A DNA stretch of 64,000 nucleotides from an uncultured Melioribacteraceae bacterium (GTDB lineage Bacteria; Bacteroidota; Ignavibacteria; Ignavibacteriales; Melioribacteraceae), in NCBI GenBank assembly GCA_964584325.1, contig CAZOZP010000004.1:3559-67558 (forward strand). Reading direction: 5' to 3'. Under the pieces are notes generated by a model. The model had not been told where the DNA came from. It saw only the letters and a list, made by a program, of their open reading frames with translations, and searched no databases. Both the position numbers and the translations under genes were made by a program. Numbering within the stretch: the stretch's first letter is position 1; each line of letters opens with the position of its first letter. Below, one piece after another: positions 41,911 to 51,300 of the stretch.

Positions 41911-43734
41911 ATGCGTTTCATGATATTGTTTTTCTTTTTGACATTAGTTTCTTTTGTTATTGCTCAACATGATTCTATTAATTACAAATTTACATATTAT
42001 AATCCCGCTGCTAAAAAAGTTTCAGTTGCAGGAAGTTTTAACGGCTGGAACGGTATGAAAGATTACATGGAAAACTCACAAAACGGTTATTGGCAATTAA
42101 AAATGAAGTTGCTGCCAGGTTATTATTATTATAAACTTGTTGTTGATGATGAAAAATGGATACCGGATCCAGAGTGTAAAGAAAACATTAATGACGGAGG
42201 TGATAGCTTTAATTCTATAATCAAAGTCGGCAATCCGGCTGTTCCTGAAAGAAAGAAATCTGTTACAGCTTTTCCAAGATATTTACTGCCGGAACCAATA
42301 CTTGAAGAGAATCCGGAGTATATTGATCTATATTATAAAGCATGGGAGCTCGCATGGCAGAAAATTACAGCCGGAAATTCCGGTAACGGTTTTGTTGACT
42401 TTTATATGGATGAAGGTTTCAATGAATGTATTTATCAATGGGATACATCATTTATGGCTGTATTTGCAATGTATGCCTCTGATATCTTTCCGGCAATGCA
42501 GTCTTTAGATAACTTTTATTTAAAACAGTGTGAGGACGGATATATTCAGAGAGTATATAATGAGTCTGACGGTAAAGAAACAGGCTTTAGATCTAAAGAT
42601 GAACCTATGACTAATCCGCCTCTATTTGCACCTATAGAATTAAGATATTATATGCTTACCGGTGATTCTACAAGAATCAGACGTGTATTGCCGGTACTTG
42701 ACAAGTATTACATATGGCTAGAGGATAATTGCCGTATGCCGGAAGGAAAAGGTTTGTATTATCAGACACCTCTTGGAAGCGGAATGGATAACACTCCGAG
42801 AAATGGTGTTAAGTTCGGTGGTTATATTGATATGTCAGCTCAACAGGCTTTGGCTGCAAGATCTATTTCAAAACTATATGAAATTATAGGGGATAAGGAA
42901 AAGTCTTCTGAATTTGCTGAAAAGTATTTAGATATATTTTCTACAATTAATTTGCTTTGCTGGGATGAAAATACGAAATATTACTATGATTTAAGAGACG
43001 ATGGCACTTTATCACCGGTAAAGCATATTGGAGCTTTCTGGACTATCCTTGCGGGTGTGGCATATCCTGAAAGGAAACAACATTTAATTAATCATATAAA
43101 AAATCCTAATGAATTCTATCGCTATCACCTTGTGCCAACATTATCTGCTGATGATATAAATTATAATCCCCGCGGTCATTACTGGAAAGGGGGTGTATGG
43201 GCTCCGACAAATTATATGGTTGTTTGGGGACTTGATGAATTCGGATTTGGAGAGGTTTCACGTGAAATCGCAAAAAATCACATTGAAAATATGTGTAATG
43301 TATTTAAAGAATTTGAGCCTGATGAAAACAAAATTGCATACGATGAGAGATTTGAAGACGGATACAAGACTATTTGGGAATGTTATTCGCCTGAAAAACC
43401 TGAACCGGCCACGCGTTGGGATGATCATTTTTATTCGAGGCAGGATTTTGTCGGATGGTCTGGCTTAGGCCCTATTGCAATGCTGATAGAGAATATCTTA
43501 GGCGTGAGAATATACGGTTATGAGAATAAAGTTGTTTGGAATATAACACGGAACGACCTGCATGGAATTAAAAATATTTCGCTTGGATCATCAAAGATCA
43601 GTGTGGTTTTTGATCCTGCGTCAAATTTGATAAGTACTGAAAGTGAAAAGCCTTTTACTTTGATTGTTAAGAAGGATTCTAGAAGCTATACTTTTGATGT
43701 TGGTATAGGAGTTAATGAATATACCCTTGAGTAA
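41911..43734 (+). CDS. Secreted glycoside hydrolase: N-terminal CBM48/AMPK-beta-like glycogen-binding module plus (alpha/alpha)6 GH63/GH37-like catalytic domain
   Basis: VSVAGSFNGWN...YYYKLVVDDEKWIPDP (CBM48-like). GSGMDNTPR, GGVWAPTNYMVVWGL and WECYSPE resemble trehalase/GH63-type barrels. Confidence 0.6.
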   Translation: MRFMILFFFLTLVSFVIAQHDSINYKFTYYNPAAKKVSVAGSFNGWNGMKDYMENSQNGYWQLKMKLLPGYYYYKLVVDDEKWIPDPECKENINDGGDSFNSIIKVGNPAVPERKKSVTAFPRYLLPEPILEENPEYIDLYYKAWELAWQKITAGNSGNGFVDFYMDEGFNECIYQWDTSFMAVFAMYASDIFPAMQSLDNFYLKQCEDGYIQRVYNESDGKETGFRSKDEPMTNPPLFAPIELRYYMLTGDSTRIRRVLPVLDKYYIWLEDNCRMPEGKGLYYQTPLGSGMDNTPRNGVKFGGYIDMSAQQALAARSISKLYEIIGDKEKSSEFAEKYLDIFSTINLLCWDENTKYYYDLRDDGTLSPVKHIGAFWTILAGVAYPERKQHLINHIKNPNEFYRYHLVPTLSADDINYNPRGHYWKGGVWAPTNYMVVWGLDEFGFGEVSREIAKNHIENMCNVFKEFEPDENKIAYDERFEDGYKTIWECYSPEKPEPATRWDDHFYSRQDFVGWSGLGPIAMLIENILGVRIYGYENKVVWNITRNDLHGIKNISLGSSKISVVFDPASNLISTESEKPFTLIVKKDSRSYTFDVGIGVNEYTLE

Positions 43735-43809
43735 TATGGTGTATTATTGATATGCTTGAAACTGGTATTTATTAATGTTAAGTTTGCAGTTTCAAAATCA
43801 AATTAATAA

Positions 43810-45159
43810 ATGGAATTCAACTCAACTATTGCTGCACTTGCTACTCCACCGGGAGAGGGCGCTATAGCAGTAATCCGAATCAGCGGAATTCAGGCTTTCA
43901 ATATTGCCGATAGACTTTTTAAGGGCAAGAAAAGAGTCCATGAATACAAATCACATACAATACATTATGGTAAATTATTATCAATTGAAGGTGAAATAAT
44001 TGATGATGTTTTGCTTACACTATTTAAGAAACCACACTCTTACACCGGTGAAGATTCTGTTGAAATAAGTCTTCATGGAGGGTTGGCTATTATTAGAAAC
44101 GCTATGAAGAATTTATACTCCGCCGGTGCCGAACCTGCAGAACCCGGTGAATTTACAAAGCGTGCATTTCTTAACGGGAGATTAGATCTGACTCAGGCTG
44201 AAGCTGTCTGCGATTTAATAGGTGCCCGAACTGACGCTGCAATGCGAGGAGCTCGTAATCAGATGGACGGAGTTTTGTCTTCCAGAATAGCACATCTGCG
44301 TGACAAAATATTAGATATTTCTTCTTTAATTGAGCTTGAGCTTGATTTTTCTGAAGAAGATATTGAGCTGATGCCTTATGAACGATTAGTCAGTGAGATA
44401 AAATTACTCATAATTGAAATTACTAATCTTATGAATTCATACAATTATGGAAAAGTTATTCGCGATGGGGTTAATGTTGCGATTATAGGAAAGCCAAATG
44501 TTGGGAAGTCGTCTTTGCTAAATTTATTGCTGAAAGAACAAAGAGCAATTGTGAGTGATATTCCCGGCACTACAAGAGACGTTATAAGCGAAGAAGTATA
44601 TATTGATGGAATTCTATATAAATTTCATGATACAGCCGGTATTAGATTAACTGAAGATGTTGTTGAAAAAGAAGGTGTAAACCGGGCAATGCAAATCGTG
44701 AATGATTCCGATATTGTTCTGGTTATGAGTGATGCGGTATCCGGAATTGATTCTGAGCTGCATTCAGCGATTCTTAAAATAAAAAAGGAAAAATCTGTTA
44801 TTTCTGTCGTCAATAAGTGCGATATTAAAGAATTATCAGAACCGAATTCAATTTCCATTTCGGTTAAAATGCATTCAGGAATTGATACGCTAAAGGAAAA
44901 TCTTGCTGCCTCAGCAGGAGCAAATAATGCATATTCCGAAAGAACTGCCGTGGTTACAAATCTTCGGCATTATGAAGCGTTAAGTAAAGCTGTTAAATAT
45001 TTAAATGGGGCTATTGGTACAATAGAAAATGCTATGACAGGAGAATTTATTTCAATTGATTTAAGAAATGCCGAGAATTCTCTTTCTGAAATAATTGGTA
45101 AATTAACAAGTGATGACATATTAAATAATATATTTTCAAAGTTTTGTATAGGAAAATAA
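43810..45159 (+). CDS. mnmE: tRNA modification GTPase MnmE
   Basis: TIAALATPPGEGAIAVIRISG, GKPNVGKSSLLN, DTAGIR and C-terminal CIGK. Confidence 0.95.
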   Translation: MEFNSTIAALATPPGEGAIAVIRISGIQAFNIADRLFKGKKRVHEYKSHTIHYGKLLSIEGEIIDDVLLTLFKKPHSYTGEDSVEISLHGGLAIIRNAMKNLYSAGAEPAEPGEFTKRAFLNGRLDLTQAEAVCDLIGARTDAAMRGARNQMDGVLSSRIAHLRDKILDISSLIELELDFSEEDIELMPYERLVSEIKLLIIEITNLMNSYNYGKVIRDGVNVAIIGKPNVGKSSLLNLLLKEQRAIVSDIPGTTRDVISEEVYIDGILYKFHDTAGIRLTEDVVEKEGVNRAMQIVNDSDIVLVMSDAVSGIDSELHSAILKIKKEKSVISVVNKCDIKELSEPNSISISVKMHSGIDTLKENLAASAGANNAYSERTAVVTNLRHYEALSKAVKYLNGAIGTIENAMTGEFISIDLRNAENSLSEIIGKLTSDDILNNIFSKFCIGK

Positions 45160-45161
45160 TT

Positions 45162-45177
45162 TGTTCCACGTGAAACA
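45162..45177. promoter_or_regulatory. parS centromere-like site (perfect TGTTCCACGTGAAACA)
   Basis: Exact match to the 16-bp ParB/Spo0J-binding consensus TGTTNCACGTGAAACA. Intergenic between mnmE and mnmG. Confidence 0.8.
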
Positions 45178-45198
45178 GAGTGTAAAATAAATTTAAAG

Positions 45199-45214
45199 TG
45201 TTCCACGTGAAACA
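45199..45214. promoter_or_regulatory. parS centromere-like site, second identical copy
   Basis: Same 16-mer, 37 bp downstream of the first. Both lie inside an 18-bp direct repeat TGTTCCACGTGAAACAGA. Confidence 0.8.
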
Positions 45215-45225
45215 GAAAGGTGTTT

Positions 45226-47100
45226 ATGATTTTTGATGTAATAGTAGCAGGTGGCGGGCACGCCGGAATTGAAGCAGCAGCAGCAGCAGCAAAGTTGGGA
45301 ATGAATACGGCTTTGATAACAATGGATAAAAACGGATTAGGAAGGCTATCCTGCAATCCGGCTATTGGAGGAAGTGCAAAAGGACATTTAGTGTATGAAA
45401 TAGATGCATTAGGTGGAATAATAGGAATTCTGGCTGATAAAACCGGAATTCAGTTCCGGACATTGAATAAATCAAAAGGTCCTGCAGTTTGGGCAGGACG
45501 AAGTCAGGCCGATAGAGATTATTATACTGTAGTGGCCGGACAAATTATGAGTGAAGTGAAAAACCTTACTATTATAGAAGATTCAGTTGTAGATTGTTTT
45601 GTTGAAGCCGGAAGAATAAAAGGAATTAAAACTAAAAAGGGATTAGAGTATTGCTGTAAAGCATTTATAATTTGCTCGGGTACATTCCTAAATGGGAAAA
45701 TGTTTACTGGTGAAGATACTACAATTGGCGGCCGGTTTGGTGAAGAGGCAGTTTACGGTCTGACTGAATCTCTTGAAAAAATAGGGTTTGTCTCAGGAAG
45801 ATTGAAGACGGGTACACCGGCAAGACTTCATAAAGACAGTTTGAATTACAACCTGTTGAAGGAACAGGCGGGCGATGAGAATCCGGAACCGTTTTCGCAT
45901 AAGACTGATAAATCAAAATTTCCGGAATTACCGCAGATAAGCTGTTATATGACGCATACCGATAAAACAGTACATAAAATATTGGAAAAAGGCTTTGATA
46001 AGTCGCCTCTATTTTCCGGAAAAATTGAAGGAATCGGACCAAGATATTGCCCTTCTATTGAAGACAAAATTGTAAGATTCTCTGATAAGGAATCCCATCA
46101 TATATTTCTTGAGCCGGAGGGATTAAATTCTGATTTAATATATATAAACGGATTCTCCTCTTCATTGCCTGCAGAGATACAGTACGAAGCTATTAGAAAA
46201 ATTAAGGGACTTGAAGATGCTGTGATGATAAGACCTGGATATGCAATAGAATACGATTTCTTTCCTCCTTATCAGATTGATTTAACTTATGAAACAAAAT
46301 TAGTTAAGGGTTTATACTTTGCCGGACAAATAAACGGTACAAGCGGCTATGAAGAAGCTGCGGCACAGGGACTTATGGCCGGAATAAATGCATCGCTAAA
46401 TATAATGGGCAAAGAGCAAATTGTACTTAAACGCAGCGAAGCATATATGGGTGTTCTTATCGATGACCTTGTAGGAAAATCTACTACAGAACCTTACAGA
46501 ATGTTTACATCCAGGGCTGAACACAGACTAATTTTAAGACAAGATAATGCCGCACAAAGATTAATGAAATATGGTTATGAATTAGGACTCATTGATAAAG
46601 ATGCATACAACGAACATCTTGAGCGACAGACCAAAATTCAGACCGGGTTAAGTATTATGTCAAAGACAAAATGTAAGCCGGAACATATAAACGAGTATCT
46701 TACTAAAAAAGAATCAACTCCAATAACTGAAGTGGAAGGTATAGATAAAATTATTAAAAGACCAAATGTCTCGTTAAAGGATATTTTACAAATAGAAGAA
46801 TATATGCAAAGACCGGAATTCACTGAGATTGCATCGGACAGCAAAGTTCTTGAACAGATTGAAATACAGTTGAAATACGAAGGCTATATTCAAAGACAAA
46901 TTGAAGCAGTAGAAAGATTCGAAAAGCTTGAAAACATAAAGATTCCTGAGGAATTTGTTTATGATGCCATATCATCAATTTCAACGGAAGGAAGAGAAAA
47001 GCTAAGGAAGGTTAAGCCCCGCACTATTGGTCAGGCATCAAGAATTTCCGGTGTTACACCATCGGATATATCAGTTTTATTAGTATATTTGAAAAACTAA
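45226..47100 (+). CDS. mnmG: tRNA uridine 5-carboxymethylaminomethyl modification enzyme MnmG (GidA)
   Basis: FDVIVAGGGHAGIEAA, NPAIGG.AKGHLV.EIDALGG, GPRYCPSIEDK and QINGTSGYEEAAAQG. ATG 45226 preferred (AAAGG upstream). Confidence 0.95.
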   Translation: MIFDVIVAGGGHAGIEAAAAAAKLGMNTALITMDKNGLGRLSCNPAIGGSAKGHLVYEIDALGGIIGILADKTGIQFRTLNKSKGPAVWAGRSQADRDYYTVVAGQIMSEVKNLTIIEDSVVDCFVEAGRIKGIKTKKGLEYCCKAFIICSGTFLNGKMFTGEDTTIGGRFGEEAVYGLTESLEKIGFVSGRLKTGTPARLHKDSLNYNLLKEQAGDENPEPFSHKTDKSKFPELPQISCYMTHTDKTVHKILEKGFDKSPLFSGKIEGIGPRYCPSIEDKIVRFSDKESHHIFLEPEGLNSDLIYINGFSSSLPAEIQYEAIRKIKGLEDAVMIRPGYAIEYDFFPPYQIDLTYETKLVKGLYFAGQINGTSGYEEAAAQGLMAGINASLNIMGKEQIVLKRSEAYMGVLIDDLVGKSTTEPYRMFTSRAEHRLILRQDNAAQRLMKYGYELGLIDKDAYNEHLERQTKIQTGLSIMSKTKCKPEHINEYLTKKESTPITEVEGIDKIIKRPNVSLKDILQIEEYMQRPEFTEIASDSKVLEQIEIQLKYEGYIQRQIEAVERFEKLENIKIPEEFVYDAISSISTEGREKLRKVKPRTIGQASRISGVTPSDISVLLVYLKN

Positions 47101-47114
47101 TTTTTGGAGTTTTT

Positions 47115-47795
47115 GTGTTTAATCAAGAGATATTCCTCCCGGATCTAAAAAAATACTTTTGGGAAAACAGTTTTAATCTTGATATAAACAAATTAGAAAG
47201 ATTAGCACATTTTTGTTCTCTTCTTTCGATGAAAAATGAAGAAATTAATCTGATTTCCAGAAAAGACATTGAGAATGTTGTTGAGAATCATATTTTCATT
47301 TCATCACTAATCTCCAACTATGTTCCGCAAGGATGCAGAAGATTTCTTGATATCGGAACAGGCGGCGGACTACCGGGTATTCCATTTGCAATAATTAACA
47401 CTATGTTACGCGGTGTTCTGGTAGATTCTACTCAGAAAAAAATAGATGCCGTTAAGGAATTTATCGACAAACTAAAACTTGGAAATGTTACTGCAGAAAA
47501 TTTCCGCGTAGAAAGTAATGAATTTATTGAAAAGTATTCCAACAGTTTCGATTTGGTGATTAGCCGTGCAACTGTCCCTTTAATAATTTTACTTAGATAT
47601 TCACTTCCTTTAGTTAAATCAAAAGCTTATATTTTGTCATTAAAGGGCGGGGATCTTTCAGAAGAATTAAAAACTGCAGAAACCAAATACAAAGCCTACA
47701 TCAAGAAGCACACAATTTTCGAGCTTGCTTATAAACCTACAAACGCTAGAAACGAAAAAGAGAAAAAGCTCATTGTAATTGAGTTAAACAAATGA
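47115..47795 (+). CDS. rsmG: 16S rRNA (guanine527-N7)-methyltransferase RsmG (GidB)
   Basis: FLDIGTGGGLPGIPFAI SAM motif. Synteny downstream of mnmG. GTG start. Confidence 0.88.
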   Translation: MFNQEIFLPDLKKYFWENSFNLDINKLERLAHFCSLLSMKNEEINLISRKDIENVVENHIFISSLISNYVPQGCRRFLDIGTGGGLPGIPFAIINTMLRGVLVDSTQKKIDAVKEFIDKLKLGNVTAENFRVESNEFIEKYSNSFDLVISRATVPLIILLRYSLPLVKSKAYILSLKGGDLSEELKTAETKYKAYIKKHTIFELAYKPTNARNEKEKKLIVIELNK

Positions 47796-48709
47796 TAGAA
47801 AACAACCTCTTTTCGGAACTCGGTTCGCTGACAACTGAAATGAGAAATGAAGCTTCGTCGAATATTGATCTCTTGGATACAGAAAGCATACTGAGAATCA
47901 TCAACAATGAAGATAAACTCGTTGCTCTTGCCGTTGAAAAAGAAATATCCTGGATTACAAAAGCCGCAGATGCTGTTACCAAAAGTTTTTTATCAGGAGG
48001 GCGACTCATTTATTTCGGAGCCGGCACGAGCGGAAGGCTCGGCGTTGTCGATGCATCAGAATGTCCCCCTACTTTCGGAGTCCCCTTCGAAATGGTGCAG
48101 GGATTTATTGCCGGCGGAAGAGAAGCTATGTTCAGAGCACAGGAAGGTGCTGAAGATTATGAGGAAAACGGAGCTGCAGATGTTGATAAAGCAAACGTGA
48201 CTGAAAAAGATGTTGTATGCGGAATTGCTGCAAGTAAAAGAACACCCTATTCAATAGGTGCGGTTAAGAGAGCCAAAGAGCTTGGTGCAGTAACAATATT
48301 TCTCACTTGCAATCCGCGCGAAAATGTTTGCATTCCTGAAGCAGATATAACTATTTGTCCGTATGTAGGTCCGGAAGTAATTACAGGTTCTACCAGAATG
48401 AAAAGCGGTACTGCTCAAAAGCTGGTGCTGAATATGATTACTACCACGGCAATGGTGAAACTGGGTAAAACATATGAAAATCTGATGATAGACCTTCAAC
48501 TTACAAATAAGAAACTCGAAGAAAGAGCAAAGAAAATTATAATGACAATAACAGGTGTTTCTTATTTAGAGGCAGAATCATTTCTAAAAGAAGCAAACGG
48601 ACATGTAAAAACTGCCTTAGTAATGATAATTGCCAAAGTATCTAAGGAAGATGCAGAACAGAAAATTTCTGCAGCGGGCGGTTTTATCAGAAAAGCAATT
48701 CAATTGTAA
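47792..48709 (+). CDS. murQ: N-acetylmuramic acid 6-phosphate etherase
   Basis: SIS domain. GRLIYFGAGTSGRLGVVDASECPPTFG, VITGSTRMKSGTAQK and MIDL.LTN.KL. Confidence 0.9.
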   Translation: MIENNLFSELGSLTTEMRNEASSNIDLLDTESILRIINNEDKLVALAVEKEISWITKAADAVTKSFLSGGRLIYFGAGTSGRLGVVDASECPPTFGVPFEMVQGFIAGGREAMFRAQEGAEDYEENGAADVDKANVTEKDVVCGIAASKRTPYSIGAVKRAKELGAVTIFLTCNPRENVCIPEADITICPYVGPEVITGSTRMKSGTAQKLVLNMITTTAMVKLGKTYENLMIDLQLTNKKLEERAKKIIMTITGVSYLEAESFLKEANGHVKTALVMIIAKVSKEDAEQKISAAGGFIRKAIQL

Positions 48710-48754
48710 AAATATTTTACTATTTTTAGCCATTCTTAAATTTCAGACAAAAGT

Positions 48755-49867
48755 ATGAATCAGGAAAAATTCCTTTGGTATAATTCGCGCCGCGATTTAG
48801 TTTTTATACTCGGTGCAGGGGCTTCACACCCTGAAGGAGTACCGCTTCAGAAAGATATAATACCTATCATGTTTTCGGGTGATTATCCGGAAATTGAAAA
48901 CTCGGATTTAGGTAAAAAAGTTCTGGAGTTTATCAGAGAAAATTTTACAATCTCTGAGAAGGAAAACATCTATCCTGAAATGGAAGCAGTATTCGGCTTT
49001 TTGGATTACTTTATTACAGAAAATGAAAGTCTTAATTCAAAATATACATATTCAGCACTAAGAGAAATTAGAGAAGCTCTAATTAAATTGATTCATTATG
49101 TTATAAATCAAAGTTCTGATAAAGTATCGTCTGTTTACAAGGAATTCTGGAGACTCATAGATAACCATAACAGGAACAGTTCGATTATTACACTGAATTA
49201 TGATACAATGCTTGAGCAGTCTTTTGAATTTTTATTTCCGCATAAGGGCCTTATTGATTATTCGATTCATTTTATGAATTTTGAAAAAGATCAAAGACTT
49301 AAAGCATACAACTTCTGGATAAATACAAGAGAACCGATAAAAATTAAAGACAATTCAGAGCCGGTTTCATACAAAATAATAAAACTTCACGGAAGTCTTA
49401 ATTGGAAATACTGTAACTGCTGCAACCAGATTCTTCTGACTCCGTGGGATAGAAAAATTGATCTAAACAAGGGCGAACTGATGGGATATACTTATCCGGA
49501 TAATCAGGAATATGAATTCCGATGTCCGCTCGACGGAACAAGGTTTCAAACGCTGATTGTGCCGCCCTCTCTGATTAAACCTCTTAAGCATCCTTCAATA
49601 TCTTTTCTGCTAAATGAGGCATCCAAGGAAATAAGAAGTGCAAAGAAAATAGTATTTATCGGTTATTCACTTTCTATAGCAGATGTTCACATTAAAGCAT
49701 TGCTAAAGAAAAATCTTAATCCTGCAACTGAAGTGATTGCGGTAAATCTTCAGAACACACCAACGCTTAAATCAAGATATCAAGAAATTAAAGGTGATAT
49801 TCATTGGATTAACAGCTCATTTGAAGAAATGATATCCGATGGGAAACTCATTGACAAAATATTTTGA
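48755..49867 (+). CDS. SIR2-like (sirtuin-superfamily) protein, standalone
   Basis: FILGAGASHPEGVP (GAGxS), TLNYDTMLE (NxD), KLHGSLNW (catalytic His). Four Cys (CNCC...RCP) are placed like a sirtuin Zn module. Also has FIGYSLSIADVH. Confidence 0.65.
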   Translation: MNQEKFLWYNSRRDLVFILGAGASHPEGVPLQKDIIPIMFSGDYPEIENSDLGKKVLEFIRENFTISEKENIYPEMEAVFGFLDYFITENESLNSKYTYSALREIREALIKLIHYVINQSSDKVSSVYKEFWRLIDNHNRNSSIITLNYDTMLEQSFEFLFPHKGLIDYSIHFMNFEKDQRLKAYNFWINTREPIKIKDNSEPVSYKIIKLHGSLNWKYCNCCNQILLTPWDRKIDLNKGELMGYTYPDNQEYEFRCPLDGTRFQTLIVPPSLIKPLKHPSISFLLNEASKEIRSAKKIVFIGYSLSIADVHIKALLKKNLNPATEVIAVNLQNTPTLKSRYQEIKGDIHWINSSFEEMISDGKLIDKIF

Positions 49868-49873
49868 CATTTA

Positions 49874-49891
49874 TGTAATCTAATGATTACA
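49874..49891. promoter_or_regulatory. Inverted repeat TGTAATC-TAAT-GATTACA upstream of the PadR-like gene (candidate operator or weak terminator)
   Basis: 7-bp arms read directly. Located 7 nt after the SIR2-like stop and about 80 nt before the PadR-like start. No T-run. Confidence 0.3.
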
Positions 49892-49973
49892 AGATAGTCC
49901 ATAAAAATCTTAAAAACATTGTCATAATACAATTGCACAGTATTTGATAAATATTTAAAAAATAATTACAATT

Positions 49974-50537
49974 ATGATATCAAAACTCGGCATTATAGTT
50001 TTAGGCATCCTCTACGAAAGCAATAGTTCTTTCGACGACCTCTCTGAAATGATAGATGATTTAAATATCGGGAAAATATTTCCGGTGAACGATTCAATTC
50101 TGAATATTGCCCTTAAAAAACTTATTAAAGACGGATTGATTGAATTGGATGATTTCAGCGAGCCCAAAACATTTAATATCACCAATGCAGGCAAGCAGAT
50201 ATTGTTTGAATCAATTTCATTGATTTTGGATTATAACAATATCGACTCTATAGGTTTCGATATCGGAATACTTCTTATGAATAAACTTGGCCGTACGGAA
50301 TGTAATTTTTATTCCAAACTGAGATTGGAAAAACTTGAAGGCGAATATTTTAATCTTAAAAATCAGGTCTTCTATACAGAATACAATAAAGAAATTCCTT
50401 ACTCTAAAATGGCAGTGCTGAAACATAAATTATATCAGCTTGAAGCAGAAATAAAAATAGTTAAGGATTTGATTCGTGAAATTAACAAATCCGGACCGAA
50501 TAAACACACCAACATCTTCCGACTTAAAACCGGCTGA
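49974..50537 (+). CDS. PadR-like winged-helix transcriptional regulator with C-terminal helical domain
   Basis: LGIIVLGILYE...SILNIALKKLIKDGLIE...FNITNAGKQ resembles the PadR wHTH layout. Coiled-coil-like C-terminus. Confidence 0.5.
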   Translation: MISKLGIIVLGILYESNSSFDDLSEMIDDLNIGKIFPVNDSILNIALKKLIKDGLIELDDFSEPKTFNITNAGKQILFESISLILDYNNIDSIGFDIGILLMNKLGRTECNFYSKLRLEKLEGEYFNLKNQVFYTEYNKEIPYSKMAVLKHKLYQLEAEIKIVKDLIREINKSGPNKHTNIFRLKTG

Positions 50538-50583
50538 AAAGTGTAAATAATTTTGTAAATTTGAATTCACAAATTATTTCATT

Positions 50584-51300
50584 ATGTCAATATCAAATAG
50601 TGTCTTACTACCCGGAACCGAACAGCAGCTGAAGTTCCTGATTAATCATATTGATCCTGCAGCAATCGGAAAGGTTTTAATTGCAGGTGCATCTTCTGAA
50701 ACAATCGGCCTAAAACTCAAAAACTATGGAATCAGGGAAATCGATATTGTTGTCGAAGATTATGATTCATTGATGAATTCTAATCTTGTGATAGATGGAG
50801 TTTCAGGTCTGCAGGTCAAAATGATGGATCTTACTAATACAGATTACCGTGGCCGGATATTCAGCTTGATTTATTCTCAAGGCGGTACGGGCAACATTCG
50901 CCGTAACAAAATTATGAAGGAGTTTAGTAAAATAATGCTTCCTGACGGAATTTTGTGTTTAGGAGAAATTACGCTGAAAAGAAAGGATATTCCGCAATTT
51001 GTAAAAGATATATTCGATACATCAGGAATACTTCCGCTTTTACCTGAAGACCTTTCAGAGTTTTATTCTAAGCATTTTGAGGTAATCGAAGCAGTTGATC
51101 TTTCAGATACACTTAAGGATTATTATGCTTTAAGTAAAGACCGATTGAAGCTTTCATTAAAGGAAATGAATGATAATGAACGGCAGTATATGAAAACCGT
51201 TATCAAACAAATTAAACACGAAGCCGACTCTTATCTCAAACACGGAGCCGACAAGTTTATAGGCTTCACTGCAGCATTATTAAGGAAAAAGGCCTCTTGA
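50584..51300 (+). CDS. Class I SAM-dependent methyltransferase-like protein (atypical motif I)
   Basis: VLIAGASSE...EIDIVVEDYD...MLPDGILCLGE follows the Rossmann MTase order. The glycine-rich loop is degenerate (AGASS). Confidence 0.5.
   Translation: MSISNSVLLPGTEQQLKFLINHIDPAAIGKVLIAGASSETIGLKLKNYGIREIDIVVEDYDSLMNSNLVIDGVSGLQVKMMDLTNTDYRGRIFSLIYSQGGTGNIRRNKIMKEFSKIMLPDGILCLGEITLKRKDIPQFVKDIFDTSGILPLLPEDLSEFYSKHFEVIEAVDLSDTLKDYYALSKDRLKLSLKEMNDNERQYMKTVIKQIKHEADSYLKHGADKFIGFTAALLRKKAS

Noticed and set aside
43254-43269. parS-like 16-mer GGTTTCACGTGAAATC inside the glycoside hydrolase gene
   Set aside because: Only 13 of 16 positions match the consensus, it is intragenic, and it is a single copy. 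It contains the core CACGTG palindrome that can arise by chance. Not supportable without ParB binding data.
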